Position numbers and translations under genes: made by a program. The notes below the pieces were generated by a model that saw only the letters and a list, made by a program, of their open reading frames with translations, did no database searches and was not told where the DNA came from. 64,000 nucleotides of DNA, from contig NMRA01000182.1 in NCBI GenBank assembly GCA_002633005.1, positions 541,768 to 605,767 on the forward strand. Reading direction: 5' to 3'. This DNA is from Phoronis australis. Lineage: Eukaryota > Animalia > Phoronida. Positions within the stretch are counted from its first letter, which is position 1. Each line of letters opens with the position of its first letter. Below are positions 27,425 to 40,943 of the stretch, one piece after another.

Positions 27425-30102
27425 AGGGAGAGGTGTTGTGCAACACCTTAAAAGTTTGAATTTTCAGAATTTAGTATGAAATTTGTTAAGGGAGTGAAAT
27501 TTTTCTTTGTCAAATTACTAAAATGTAAATAAAGGAAAATATTGTGTTTATATCACTGTTATGTCACTTTACAGCTGTTATTGGACAACACATGGTATAT
27601 GTTGGAGTTTTGTTGTCAACCAATGAAATGTAAAAGTCACTATGCAACAACTTTAAGTATTTCATTGATATAAAATTGAAAAGGCCTAATTGATACCTTT
27701 TTAACCAGTGTTTTAAGGCTCATGGGATTGTTGCTGGCAGAATTTGTACTCAAAAATGACGGTAAAATCTCACTGATTTTGGACAGTCAGAAATGATTTT
27801 TTCTGTTTTTGAGCTTGTCCGATTTTGAAGAAACTCCAGAAAAGTTTATCATGCAAATGCTAATATTGCAGAGTATGCTGTTACTCAATTTTTGAGAATT
27901 TTGACTCAGATTCGGCATTTAGCAATGCATTTCTTACATCAACATTCCCACCTGAAGTTTCAACCAGTTTTTGCGTCCATGTTATTAGTATTTCAATTTA
28001 GTCGATAGAAGCCGAAGTATATGGCGTAATGAGATGACAGTTATGTCAACGCTTGCTAATTGAGGTGGATGTGATTGCACATTTTTTTCTGCAAAACTTT
28101 CTCGAGTGAAAAATGGCTTTTAAAATAAACCGGGTGTATTCCCAGATACCACAGGTATAGGTGAGTACATTGCCACGTGTATTATACAGATTTTCTGGTT
28201 TTTTTTTTGCTTTTTTAGTAATTTTTTCTAAACTAACGGTTATCACAGCCATTCGTTGCTGTCTTTATTTTGAGTTGTTTTTAACATGATATTATTTTCT
28301 CATCTTTTTTCACTTTATCTCCTTCTTCAAATGTTTTTTATTTTCTTTATACCGATGTTTCGTTTTCTTTTGATAAAGTAAGCTAAGCTGTTGCACTTAC
28401 CACACAGAGTAGGAGTGGCAGTCATGATGAACATGACCTGTTCAATCTATTGTTTGCCTGGCTGTCAGTATAACCATAAAGGGTAAAGATAGGTGGTACT
28501 TGGTGGGCCTGACTGCTGAGGCGTTACCATACATTGTCATCAGAGTGATTTATGTTCTGTAACATTTAATTGCTTATCCAATATGAACTGAAGGAGACTA
28601 TCCTTACTATAAAGTTGCTTCCATGTACAATGGAGTTTTAAGTGTTTATTTTATCTGTGGTTTTTTCACAGATTACATTGCTTTATTGTTCATATGATGT
28701 TTGGTACTTGACATTTTTAGTAAGTATCACTCCAGAATTGGTGGAAGGTTTTCTGTCATCTGGGTTCACCTCTGTAGCTTCTATACCCTTGAACAGAGTC
28801 ATGGAATTTGGCATTTCTGATGCTGCCAAAGAGAGCAGGCCTGACTGCTATTTTCAGGTGGATTCGTGGTGGCAATTTTAGTTTTTTATGTTTCTAAGTG
28901 CATATTCATATGGGGAGATTTATTGCTATAATAAGAAGGTAGCACTGGCATATTTCAGATGGATCTGAGTACTTAGTTCTCAGTGTACCTCATAATAGTA
29001 TAGGTCTGCCTACTGTCGGCCCATTGTCTGCGCCTTTATCCCCTAAGAAAGGAGAAGAATATCAACCCCCCGAAGATATTCATAAAACAGAAAAAATGGT
29101 TGCATTTTGAATAGTATTATACCAGTTGAAGTTAGCTTAAGGATATCTCAAACCTTATTCACAAAAATTGGCCATGTTTAATATATTTGAGGTATGTCTA
29201 GCAAAATGCCTTCATTCTCGGTGAACTTCAAATACAAAATGTATACTGTGTAGCGAGAAAAAAGCTTTAGCTGAACTACCTTGCATCCGCACAACCGCGT
29301 GGAAATTTTTTACTATTTATCCGAGGTCAAAGGTTATGGGGCTGTCACTCAAACTGAATCTCTTGCCAGGCACAGAGCTGCTCCGCATGTACTCTTAAGT
29401 CCTATCATTAACTGAGTAGTCATAATATTGTGTCAATGACGTGTACACATGATAGAAAGACGTCATGGAAAACGAGGACAAAATGTAGGTTTGATCCTGA
29501 GAGAGTTGTGTGTCTGCGTGCATACCACCATTGATAACAAATGTCAGGAGTCGCCTCATGCCCCTGTGACTTTGTGTTCACGAATACAGCAAGTTGGGAA
29601 AAAAGATAAATCCTCATCCAAATTCCTTAATTCGGGTAATTTGACATTTAGCTGTTTTGATCTCATGCTCACGAGGTGCTTTAACCACTTATCCCATTTC
29701 TGTATCCATTTCGTACTTGGGTTTCATATCATTCTCCCAGCCAGTGGTGTGTCTAACAATGCACTGTTGGTCTACTTTAAAGTGGACCACAATGCTGGCT
29801 CTGCCCGTGACCTAACTGACTTGGCTTAAATTAGACATTTTTTTGATAATTAAATTTATTGCACACTGCAAATTCAGATGACATTGTGCGTGAATGGGGC
29901 GAAGGGGTGTTGTTATAGTGACTGAAAACAAGTTTTCACCGAATAATTAACCGGAGACCTTGAGATTTCCCCTCCTCACGATTTAATCAGCTTTTTCTCG
30001 GCTTCAGCAAATTGACTTAATTTTAACCTCGGAACATGAGTTCTTGAAAACAGCTTAGTGGATTTTACTGTATCTTTCCAGACTTAATATTTATTCATAA
30101 AT

Positions 30103-30214
30103 CTCAAAAACGCTGTTAGGATTTTCGATATAAAGGCCTAGTTTTTATGTAATGTAACAAAGACGAATACGACTGCCAAAAAGACGATCAAAAATTCCTA
30201 ACAGCATTTTTGAG
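30103..30214. repeat. Inverted repeat (27-28-bp arms, ~57-bp spacer) related to the 14433/24398 family
   Basis: ctcaaaaacgctgttaggattttcgat ... atcaaaaattcctaacagcatttttgag. Confidence 0.65.
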
Positions 30215-32515
30215 GTAACTGGTGAAGTTTTCAATTAAAAAGGTTTCATTAAAATCGATAGAGGAGTTATTTGATTTGAATGTACCTTTCTTAAAAATGA
30301 AATTTTGACATCAATATAAAACATATTTTTATATTCCCTATTCTTGAATAGAAAATTTGTCTTGGATTTTTTTTGCTTTGTATTTGGCTTTCCATGAACT
30401 CCTGACCTAATGAATGGTCACTCCTTATTGATGACCAGCTGGTGAAAATGGAATGTGTATAAAACTGGTTAGGCTCACTGGGTTACATTAAGGAAATTTG
30501 AAAGATTTCTGCAATTCTCCAAATCGATCCTTATGTGTACAACATGGGTTTTTATTGAAGAGAGGGCACCGTTTTTAAGAACCAGCATTCTGTCCCCTTG
30601 TGGTTTTGCTTGTAACTTGGTTGATGGTAACTTTCTTGAATATCACCATTTGAATAAATAGGCCTGTCTTCACTCTTTAGGAAGTGCAATGGCCACATGG
30701 ACTGACTGGTATTTCAACATCCACACCAAAATGATCACATTTTAATTGTTTTGTGTAGGTGTTTGAGTAAGGTTAAGTGGAGGACTGTGGGCTATACAAG
30801 AGCTTCAAAAGGTAACAATGAATCTTATTTATTACATTCATGATTTGACAGTTAATCACTGAAATTAAATTTGGCTGATATGTGTTCTAGTTAGCCTTTA
30901 AACAAACATTCTTGATTTCGGGTTGGTTTGTGAAATACTAGAAGGAATGCTTTTTACCAGTTATTGTGAGATCTCGCTCTGTGACTTTTTGCCCATGGGG
31001 TGCTGGTTTGTGTTTTGTGAATGTCCAGAAATTCAACTCCCAAAAGTGATTGCTATTAGCTGTTCTATGTCTTACAAGCGGTACATAGGTCTTTGTGCAA
31101 CCCATGTATTTCTTGACAATTTTTGCCTTCTGCATAATGATGGCTCTACCATGCCGTGAGGTATGAAATAGCGACACACCTAGATATGGCAGGCAGGTCA
31201 GGAGCCTCACTTTCGTCCGATGGAGATTCACATGTTAGCAGCTGGTCGTCTGAATATTTTTTACTTTATATCATATCAAAGTCATGCTGCGAAAGTGATT
31301 ACTCAGCTGTGCTATGGGCTGCAATTGAGGTAAGCTGGATAAATATCCATGAATGCTTGATGTCACATTTCACCCCTTTTTGACGGTTCTGAAAGACAAA
31401 AGACGGCAAAGCCCGTCGTGCGCACAGCGCCACCATTACAAGCTTTAGTACCTCATGGCTGACAAGAGTGACAGTGCGAAATACGGGAATTGTATGCAGC
31501 TTAAAGTGGCTTACACATATAAAAGTAAACACAATAAGCCCTTACCCAAATTTGTAGTTGGGTTTAATGCCCAGACCTGACTTAAAACTGAGGTAAAATG
31601 ACACAGCCAAGCTTAGAACACTCAAGGCCATCTTATGCGGACAGTATTTCCTGCGTTAATGGTCAGAAAAGAAAACCAAATTTACGTGAGGATAAATCAT
31701 ATTCCGCTTTGATGACTTATCATTTGAATTGCGTTTTGACAAAGTAGTGTATTTTAATTTATTTTGTAGTTGACCTGTGAGTATCTGAATACCATGGTTC
31801 TCCCATTTACAACACAATAAATAACTGTCAGTTTCCTTTTTTGGCATTTGAGGTTGTACAACATGTCTGGTAATTTGGTTTGCCTGTCACCTATTGACAA
31901 AATAGAGATTAAATGGATGTGAATGATTGCTCATTGAATTTTGTGTGATGATGTTACCATTCCATAGCAACATTTAACATAAAATTTGACACACTCGATG
32001 AGTATCTCAAAAATCACTCAATTTCTGATACCTGTCTATGGTATTGTCAGAACCGAAAAAGGTAGCCATGCTTTGTGAGTTTGTGTGGGTGGAAAACCCC
32101 TTAACACAAGGGAAATTTGTTTTTAATTTTTACACTAACAATAATGATGTGTAATGTACACTAGTGTCCTCTATAGGGATAACTTTAACTAAATCACTAC
32201 TAACAGTCACATGACCCATCTGTTATTTTAAGCTCTTTGGCTTGAGGATCTTGTTGGCCACTTGGAGTACCAATTGTTTGCAGGCTACGACTGCTTCTTG
32301 CACGACAGTCCTTTTTGTCACTCCTTGTATTAACTACCCATTGTGCTGCTACTGTGTGCTGGTCACTCAAGAGGACAGGAGCACATATGGGTAGTATCTT
32401 AGTGACTCACGATGCATTTTGCTGGTCACAATCCTCCATGTAGCAGTGATTATGCCTGTAATATCTCACTGCCCACAATATGCAAGAACAAACTCTAAGT
32501 CAACAAACTTCTGTA

Positions 32516-33437
32516 TGTAATGTTCTGCGTTGGACAGACAAAATCAAAGTCCGAGTTTGACGAGATGATTTTATTTACTAATTCCACTTGGAACCTCAAT
32601 GAAAACTTTGAATCCTTGTGAGAACCGTGTGAGAACTGTAAATCTATGAAAATACACAAAATACTCTAAATACATGACAATAATATATAAAACCGAATCT
32701 AAATTAAATTGTTAACAATAGTCACTCTAAGAAACTAGTCAAAATTACTCAAATCTAACTGAATCGGCATATGAACTTTAAATCACATTTTACTAAACCA
32801 ACATTTATCTTAAAACGTAGTATATCTTAGAACATTTCATTGTTCATAAACTCTAATGAGACTTACAGAAATTGCTCCCTTTGATCTTATCCACGCATGA
32901 ACATCCAATTCTTGTTTTGTGTATCAGTATGATCCTTGTCAGTGACTGAATACACTCCTTGAAACTCTACAGACTCGGTGATCTGCCTAAAATACTTGAT
33001 TCTCCAAAGTTACTGAGCTTCCTTGTCTCCTAACTTTTTCTTTTGAGAATGACGCTTATGTTTGTTCCAGAAATATTTATACTCTAAGATATGACTAAGC
33101 ATCATATGGACACTGGTCAAGGCATAAGTACATCAGTGTGGGTGTTTCTTAGAATCAACCCACCTAAAACTGACCACTCCAAAACATGTTTTGATGATCA
33201 TATCCTGTTTGTCAGAACTGCACTGAGAACTTAACAGAACTAAAGCTTTTCTGAAGAAATTGCGCAATATTCAAGTTTACCACAACAAGTTGTTAACAAT
33301 AACAAGTCCTGTTCTAAAATATTCGTGACTTTCAAAATAGTTAACTGATATTAATTAACATATTTGTTCATAAATTTAATCATCGATTTATAATAAATCA
33401 TTACATAATTCTAACATTTTTCATCAAAAATGTTACA
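32516..33437 (-). mobile_element. Solo LTR (922 bp) of an LTR retrotransposon (Gypsy or BEL/Pao)
   Basis: CTGTA|TGTAA...TTACA|CTGTA: TG..CA termini with a 5-bp inverted repeat and a perfect 5-bp TSD. Minus-strand TATAAATA (33081-33074) and AATAAA (32575-32570) in LTR order. Confidence 0.85.
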
Positions 33438-34672
33438 CTGTACACCAGACCTTTTCCCTTAATTGCAAGATCCTTGTGGTGTCCCTAAACTATTTCTTCA
33501 GTACACCGTACTAGCTGCACTCTCCGTTGAACTCTGTGTGGCAATTTCTTAAACTGTACCATAAATTACAATTCAGTTACTAAATTGACTATTGCTCCTG
33601 GTCCAGGTGATGGCGGCACGTGATTCAGTCATAGACAAACACAGACAGTTAGCCACAAATAACTTGGTGTGTCTAAGTGAAATGCTCAGCAATTTTGGAT
33701 AAATTGTTTTGCACCAATTAGTATATGGCATTGATTAACACAAAGATCTTGGAAATTTATAAATCGGCTGCAAGGAAATAACGAAACTCTAAGTTGATAT
33801 GACGAAAATTACTGCTAGAGATGAACTCGACTTACTATTAGGCAGGTTGAACGTAGTTCGGATACATTACGTGAGATTTCTTTCATTAAACCTTAAGTTA
33901 TTCTGCAGCGGTAAATTGAAAGACCCGTTACGGAAGAAACCATGTTTTTCAAGTTTAATGATGCGATCTTTCTGTCATCAATCTAATGTTTGCTCTTTTC
34001 AAGTAAAAAATAGTGTCCGCTAATAAAGCTAAGCATTGGGCGAAGTTTATCGGTAGCTTATTGTGCGAACTACTAAAGATTCATTGTGACATTCATGTAC
34101 TTATAAAATTGCAGTTTACCACCAAATATCCTTAGATGGTATACATACCGACTGGTATATAGCTGGTCGCAGATATCAAACATACACAAAAGGGTGGGCA
34201 AGGAAAAATGTTGCACTCTCCAGGTGCACGAGACCCTGTAGTTTGATATGTAAATTCCTTAGCAGGTTACTACAGTGTACTAGCAATTGTTGAGGAAGTA
34301 AGTTTGGGTCACAGTTTAGTCAATTTTAGCTGAAGATTCGAGTCGCTGTTTTCTGAGCCAATAGAAATACACGTGTCACTTTTCATGTATTAGAATTATG
34401 AATAAAACGGTCAAATTCGCAGGAGATAAAAAGTGGTATGTTGACTTAACAATTTTTTTGTAAAATTTGTTGGTATGGTTTTGAAACTAGGTTACAATGT
34501 TGATTTAGCAAATGCTGATGGATGTTTGATGAATGGTTCACTAATTTGAACGAACAACAGGAGGCACTTGTGATTTTGCGCCTTAGTCCTGCTGCAAGTG
34601 ACATCATTTGCTTGTCGGTCATCAGTCACTAATCTTTTGCTTTCATTTTATTTAAGTTGTTGAATATCCGCA

Positions 34673-34910
34673 TTGAATGGGTACCAAACCACCTTTGGCC
34701 TATTAAAATATGAGATATTAAAAATGACATTCCGATCTAGTTCTCTGAAACAAAATAACGCTTTGTAACCCTTAACAACCCTCAAATGTTTCAAGCAAAA
34801 TTTGCAAATTCCTTGCAAAGTCTGCTAATGGGCAAGCGTGACCTATGCTTTAGGCGAGTTACACGACAGCTGTAGGGAACGACCACCACTCACCAACAAT
34901 CCATATCCTA
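34673..34910. repeat. Partial copy of the Kolobok-like MITE at 4041-6796
   Basis: Reverse complement of ~6560-6800 (ctctgaaacaaa..taa.gct.tgtaaccc..aacaaccctcaaa; caaagtctgctaa.gggcaag.gtgaccta). Confidence 0.65.
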
Positions 34911-37900
34911 TCTGTGTCAAAAAAGTATGAGTTTTTATTTGAAACCTGCTTTTAATTCACTTGAGTAGGATGCCAATGGTGCATTAAGAGTTGATAGGAC
35001 ATCAGGATTGGTTGAATTCCCCAAAACAGGACATGAGACTGGACATTCTACATGCCTTACATAAACTGGCCAAATGACAACAGCAGGACAGTGAAGCAGT
35101 TATGTAACTCGTTTAGATCTTTAACAGAGAGATAAAACCAAATACTCTTAAGAAAACTCAAATATATCAAATTTGTGATAACTAATTGATCTTTAGACCC
35201 AAACACCTTGGGCGTTAACCTGGTTGAGCTCAGTAATCATTTAGACATAATTCATAGAGACTCTGGCTTTCCATTTGAGAAAGAAGAATTCTGTTTTAGC
35301 AAACACAGCATACAGTTTTTCGATTTTATAAATTATCAAAACTCCATTTTTCTAAATATCTTACAAATGGCCTGCGAACTGCCATACTTTTTCACTTGTA
35401 TGACGTATGCTGCAGCTCTATTTTACCGATAACTTACTGCACGCTATTTTTATTGTTTCTCAAAACCCTCAAAAGAACAGCGCCACCTTCATAAAGACTG
35501 AACAACTACTTGAACATGTCTGCTGCAAAAGGATCACCATTATTTGGCCAGAATATGTCTAATTTCATAGACTGCATTCTTAATTAAAATCCAAAATATT
35601 TTAATAGTCATGACATCCACTTCTGCAATATGGGAGTTCCATTTGAAATAACTAATTTCATGACAGAAGTCAGATCTCATTTCTGTTATCGCAAAAAACC
35701 AGTGCATCTAAGTTCCTACCTGTAAAGTCTTCCTTACTCCATATCTCAATGCAGTAGCAGCAATTGTCCTTTTATGCTGGATTTGACATCGGACATAGCA
35801 GGTGCGTTGCTTCCTCCTAACAGGAAGTTGGAATACTCACTTCTCGGGTTATTGTCTCTGAATCACACATTCTGTGGCGGGTTAATGTTCTGGTCGTCGG
35901 CTCTTTTAAGAACTGGATGCCAGTTCCTGTGTAACAGATTCTTATGAATTATGAAGATGATTCATTTTGAGGTTTTGAAAATGTCCTCTCAGTTCTTCGG
36001 TTTTATGAATTGTATGAGCTGTTACCATGGAAACATAACAGTCCTTTAGTAGAAAATAGAAAAATTGAAATATGATATGGTATTAGAGTCTCTTGCTTGC
36101 CATGTTTTCATTGTAATCTTATTTTTAGTTCCCCTCTGATGTTATTCTTGTAACTTGGACACCCTGCATGGAATTGAGCTTCGGGATTTCCTGGCTTGTC
36201 AAAGCCATCATGTTCATTTTAATTTTGTAATTTTTTGTTATTTTCTTGTCTTGTACAATGTTTTGTTATTTTTTGAATTGTGATGGTTAAACACATGGTA
36301 AATCAACAACAAAATCCGAACAAACGAAGTCCAATATTATTTTACCTTCCTTTACTTATTTTCGAAAGCTGTCGTTGTGTGTGAATTTTTGCCTGCCAAT
36401 TGTAGTTCTGATTATTTTGTTCATTCCAGGCATGGATGTGGGGACTGCAGAAAGCCACTGTTGGAGTCGGCATCCTTGATAGAGTCTCTGGTCTTCTCTC
36501 AGTTGACAGCAGTGGTTAGTACCCGTCCATTTACTGCTCATTTTGTGGTAGAAAATTATCCAGGGAAAACCGTGGAAATTCTGTCATTCCCATTGGCGTG
36601 GTTTGTCTTATTCATATGATCACCAACTGTAGGAGAGCGTCAGTTGTTTTGAATAATTTTAAAACAGCCATTGTTTTTCAAAATGATATACTAAAAAGGT
36701 GCGAATCTATGTCAACTTGAGTTTGGCAAATAGGATGTGCTTACACCTCGTTTTTGTATGGATTTGACGTATGCAGCGCTGTTTAGAGGCCATTTTTGGC
36801 GTATGAGTCTAGGTTTGCGCTAGCTGCTCGCCAGCTCACCATTGACGAATTCTGAGCGGCACTAAGGTGATAGGTAGAGCTAAGTCCATTCGCCAACTTG
36901 GCGAATGCTTTTGCAACTTGACAATAAAAATTAATTTCAGGAAACCTACTCTCGTCATTTCGAACCAAGTCGCGCAGCAAACGATCTTTCCTCCTCTTTT
37001 ACGGCAACGAAAAGTTCAGTGTAAGGGAGGTGGTGGTAATGCCGATTTCTCTCTTCTTAGCGAGATCCCGTGTAGGTGCTGCCGCTTGTCATATGCAAGT
37101 GACAATGCCAAAACGTGATGAATAATTTTTGCACTTGCGACATGATATGAGCCAGTCCGACGGTATTAAATTACCCAGGGTATAAAACTGAATTGAGTTG
37201 AGCTGTCTCAATCATTCATTATGAACTTGAGGTTTAAAATCATTTGCATTTAATCTCCCCTAATTCATAACTAACATTACCAATGTTCAGTGCATAATTT
37301 GTCATGTCAAATATTGTTTGAGACTTGACACTGACGGGGTTTTTTCAAGGAGTAAAAGGCGCAGACGACGCCGGAAGAACGAGTTTTTGAAATCAAAATA
37401 CATCATGTCATACCTTGTCAGCTTGCCAAATGTTGCAAGTGTAAAAAGTTATTGAGAGACTGGGACGCGTTTGCATTTCGGCGACGACCGAAAGAAAGCA
37501 AGCGTCTGACGTTAAGAAAACACCAAACTTGCAATTGGTGAGTTGGGTAAAATCTCAGCTCACCATTTCGAATTTGCAGATGTGTGATAGGTGTCGCTTG
37601 CGATGCAGCCCATTGTGATGCTAAGACTGCCGCCTGGCGACGGACCAAGTCTTGTAGGTCACCATTTTAAAAAACGACAAAGAAACTCGACTGTTACAGT
37701 GAGAAACTGGGGATTTTTAATGTAATGTTAAGTTACTTATTCATTAATTTTTTGTGTTATATTAGAAAGTAAGCATGCATATCAGAATTGCCTCAGTTGT
37801 CAACTTGCCACCATTTTCGCTCCGCCGCTATTCTCTCCTTGTTCCAACTGCTTTGTTTCCCGGCGGTCACCACTATCTCCCGGCCACCTCAATAGCCTCT

Positions 37901-40900
37901 ACTTTTTCCCTGTGGTCATCATTGTCTCCTCATCCTTCCATCATCACTATTTCCTCCGGCCACTATTATTCCCTTGGCGGGCTTTAATTTGTTTCCAGGC
38001 ACCCTGTTAGCCGTAGGATTTGGTACAATCCTGCGCATTAAATGGGGCACTGCAGATTCTTTTATCGCTATGAAAATCAGATGAAACTACAGACGCACAA
38101 ATCTTACTTTGGCAAAGTTCACGACCTCTGGAGAATTGTTTGCTCACCTGTGTTAAGCACTGGTGCTGTTCACTGAAGCGTGTTATTCTTAGAAGGTTTC
38201 AGAATTAACAAGATCGACAGATGGTGACAAAAGTTGAATAACGCTGAGCATTTTTGTAGGCTGTTTTTTTTGTTTTGCAAGTATGGGAATGGCATTGTCT
38301 TAAACTGAGGTCGCGTTTGGTGAGTTGAGCAAAGAAAAACTGGAAGTCGCATTTGGCGAGTAAGCCTTGAGGTCAGGTCGCCAGTGGCAATTTCAGCTCG
38401 TAAAATGCAAGCTTGTACTCGCCAAATCGGACCCTGTTGTGAAATATCCTGTTGGCGATTGTGGTTTTCTTTGTATTAACCTTGATATCTACAAACTTCC
38501 TTGATGGAATGTCCAAGAAATTTAAAAAATAAGTTTCTGTCACAGAGACGGCAGCACCTGACCTGTTTCAGACAGATTTGACCTAAGCTGCACTACCTAG
38601 TGGTCTTTCTACTGTTTTGTGTTCTTTTGTCATCTTTCTTTCTTCATCCTCTCAAACTATTATCGTGGTGAAAGGTAGTAGTTGTGTTCCTACTGAGAAG
38701 AGCATAGCTGACATGCTGCGCCCCCTACAGGCTATTTTAAGTTTACTACTATTGCTGCCTTCAGTGGTGATGTTTAAAGTAGTGATAGTCCCTTGTATGT
38801 ATGCTGTACACAATACACACAGTGGGTGCATCTGAACGCTGTGCATTGCCTTTTTTTCTAGCTTGAGAAACTGTGTGACTTGTCTCAACTTCGTGGTTCC
38901 CGTCACATTGGAATTGAGGACATCCTGTTTCTGATGCACAAAGACAAGGTAAGAACGACGTCTCAAGAAGGAATTTGACTTACCGTAACTTGTGTTAATT
39001 TGGAGGTATACACAGGTGTTTGAATTGGTTGAATGGCTCTTTATTTGAACGACTATCTCTTCTATTTTCTTTACATCTCAAAATATATCTGTTATCTGAT
39101 CATGGCTTACCAGCAGTCTGCATGTTAGTGGAGCAGGCATAAGACGCATTTGGGAGTTTTAAATGAGGTGATTGCGATTGCTATTTGGAAGTGAATAATT
39201 CTGTAATTAAAACTACGTGTTTTTGTCCTAACATATTACGATGATTTATCGGGTGTTCTTGACATCATAAGTGGAAGCATTAGTTCCACAGTGACTCATT
39301 TATGAACACCTGCTTTGATAGCATCAGAACAACGTGCCGTGTGCGACGTGTCAACGGTTCTCGGTAATGTAGTAGGTGTGTGTAAGTGAATGTTGTTCAG
39401 ATGATACTGATGACTGATCAGGTTGTCATAGAGTGGGTGTAGGTGTGCTTTGTACCCGGGGTTGACTCCTCCAGAAGAGGGTTGAGAGGTGTGTCCAACT
39501 GAGGTGAGTATTTAATTGCCATATTGGGTATTATTACCTCAGGTGGATATTAATAGCCTTTGCAATTGTCTCAATGTGGGTTTAGTTATGTTTTCATTTT
39601 GGGCACATAGTATGCATGGAATTTGTGGTTTGCGGTGGTTAAAAGTGGGCTGGGAAATCACCTATTTTCCCTTTGTATTAGCCAGATCCAGGACATTACT
39701 CACTAAAGTTGGACATGCAAAAGTCAAATTTTCACTTGACTCTGACAGAGATCCGCACTTCGTGCACTTGGCCCTTCAAAATTAATATAAGTCAGTTTTC
39801 AGCTTTCTCAGATAAAACCTCTGTGTGGCTGGATCCGATTCATGCGAGTTTTACTGTTGGTATTGGCCTAGGGTTTTTTCATCATGTGGTATCCTTTTGT
39901 GTTTCTGTGTTCTGTCAACGGACGGTGGATGACTCTGGGGTAGGTGGGTCTACAGCTGGCCTCAGAGCTCACAATTACCACCTGCTGTTTTGGTGTCACC
40001 TTTTTGCCATTTTGTTAACACACTGGTAACTGAAGTGTAGTGAAGGCATTGCGTTAGTCTGGATGTTGACTTCTCGTAGTTGTAACCCGTCATCATAGAT
40101 AAACTGCATGCTGTGTCATTATAGTGGGCCTGTGTGTAGCTGTGCATGACTATATCCTTCAGGTGAAGCTGCGTCGACTGATAAGGTATGTGGAGCTGAC
40201 GGACATGAGAGGAACAAGGGCGTATGGCAGTGAGGAGGATGACTCATCTCTAGGTAGGCTACTTGTGTAACAGTGTCTTTGGGTTTAATGGATATTACCT
40301 GTGGTCTTACATCCTCGTTAAGAGGCTTGATACAGCCACCGGAGATGTTTATTACCGGTGGTGACAGAACTGTGATTGGTGTCACTTATAGTGTAGATGA
40401 GAGAGCTGTTCTTTCAGACATGTGTGTTGAAGCATTAAGGTGTTGCGCACTGATTCAGGGCTTGGCATTACAGGATTTCCTCTTTTTTGGTTTCAATTCC
40501 TCTTATTTGATTTCCAGTTTCCTCTTTTTTGTCTTTTTTATCATTATTTTGACTTTGTTCATGCAAAAACCTTCATTTCAGTTAAATTTTATAGCACAAA
40601 AGATATTTCTATCACACAAGCCTATTTATTTGTGGAACAATTATATATCACGGAAAATATTCTTCTTTTTTGTCATTGGTCATTCCAAGCCCTGCTGATT
40701 ACAGGAATCATTTTGAGTTACCTTTGAGTGTATTTTTAGTTAAAAGGAATTATTAATTGGAAAATTGTCACTTAATGTATCAGTTAGAAGAAAGCTGCAA
40801 AATAATGAGTGTCCAGCAAATGTTGAAATACGATATAGTGAAATACGATATAGTGAAATACGACATAGAACTTTGTTGGAATAAGAGTTGAATGGTGAGA

Positions 40901-40943
40901 TGATTTCATTCAGGTTTCATGAGAGCTAGTAATTTGAGAACTA

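Noticed and set aside
27210-27479. RE-repeat ORF, and the X-containing ORFs at 2259-3005 and 4602-4874
   Set aside because: Artefacts of the (AG)n microsatellite and the N gaps.
38340-38436. hAT-like right end (...ctcgccaaatcggaccctg)
   Set aside because: No matching left terminus or TSD could be located.
39900-40480. GC-richer stretch with several overlapping 60-140 aa ORFs
   Set aside because: No recognisable domain, frames interrupted by stops, no coherent splice structure; possibly a decayed TE ORF but unsupported.
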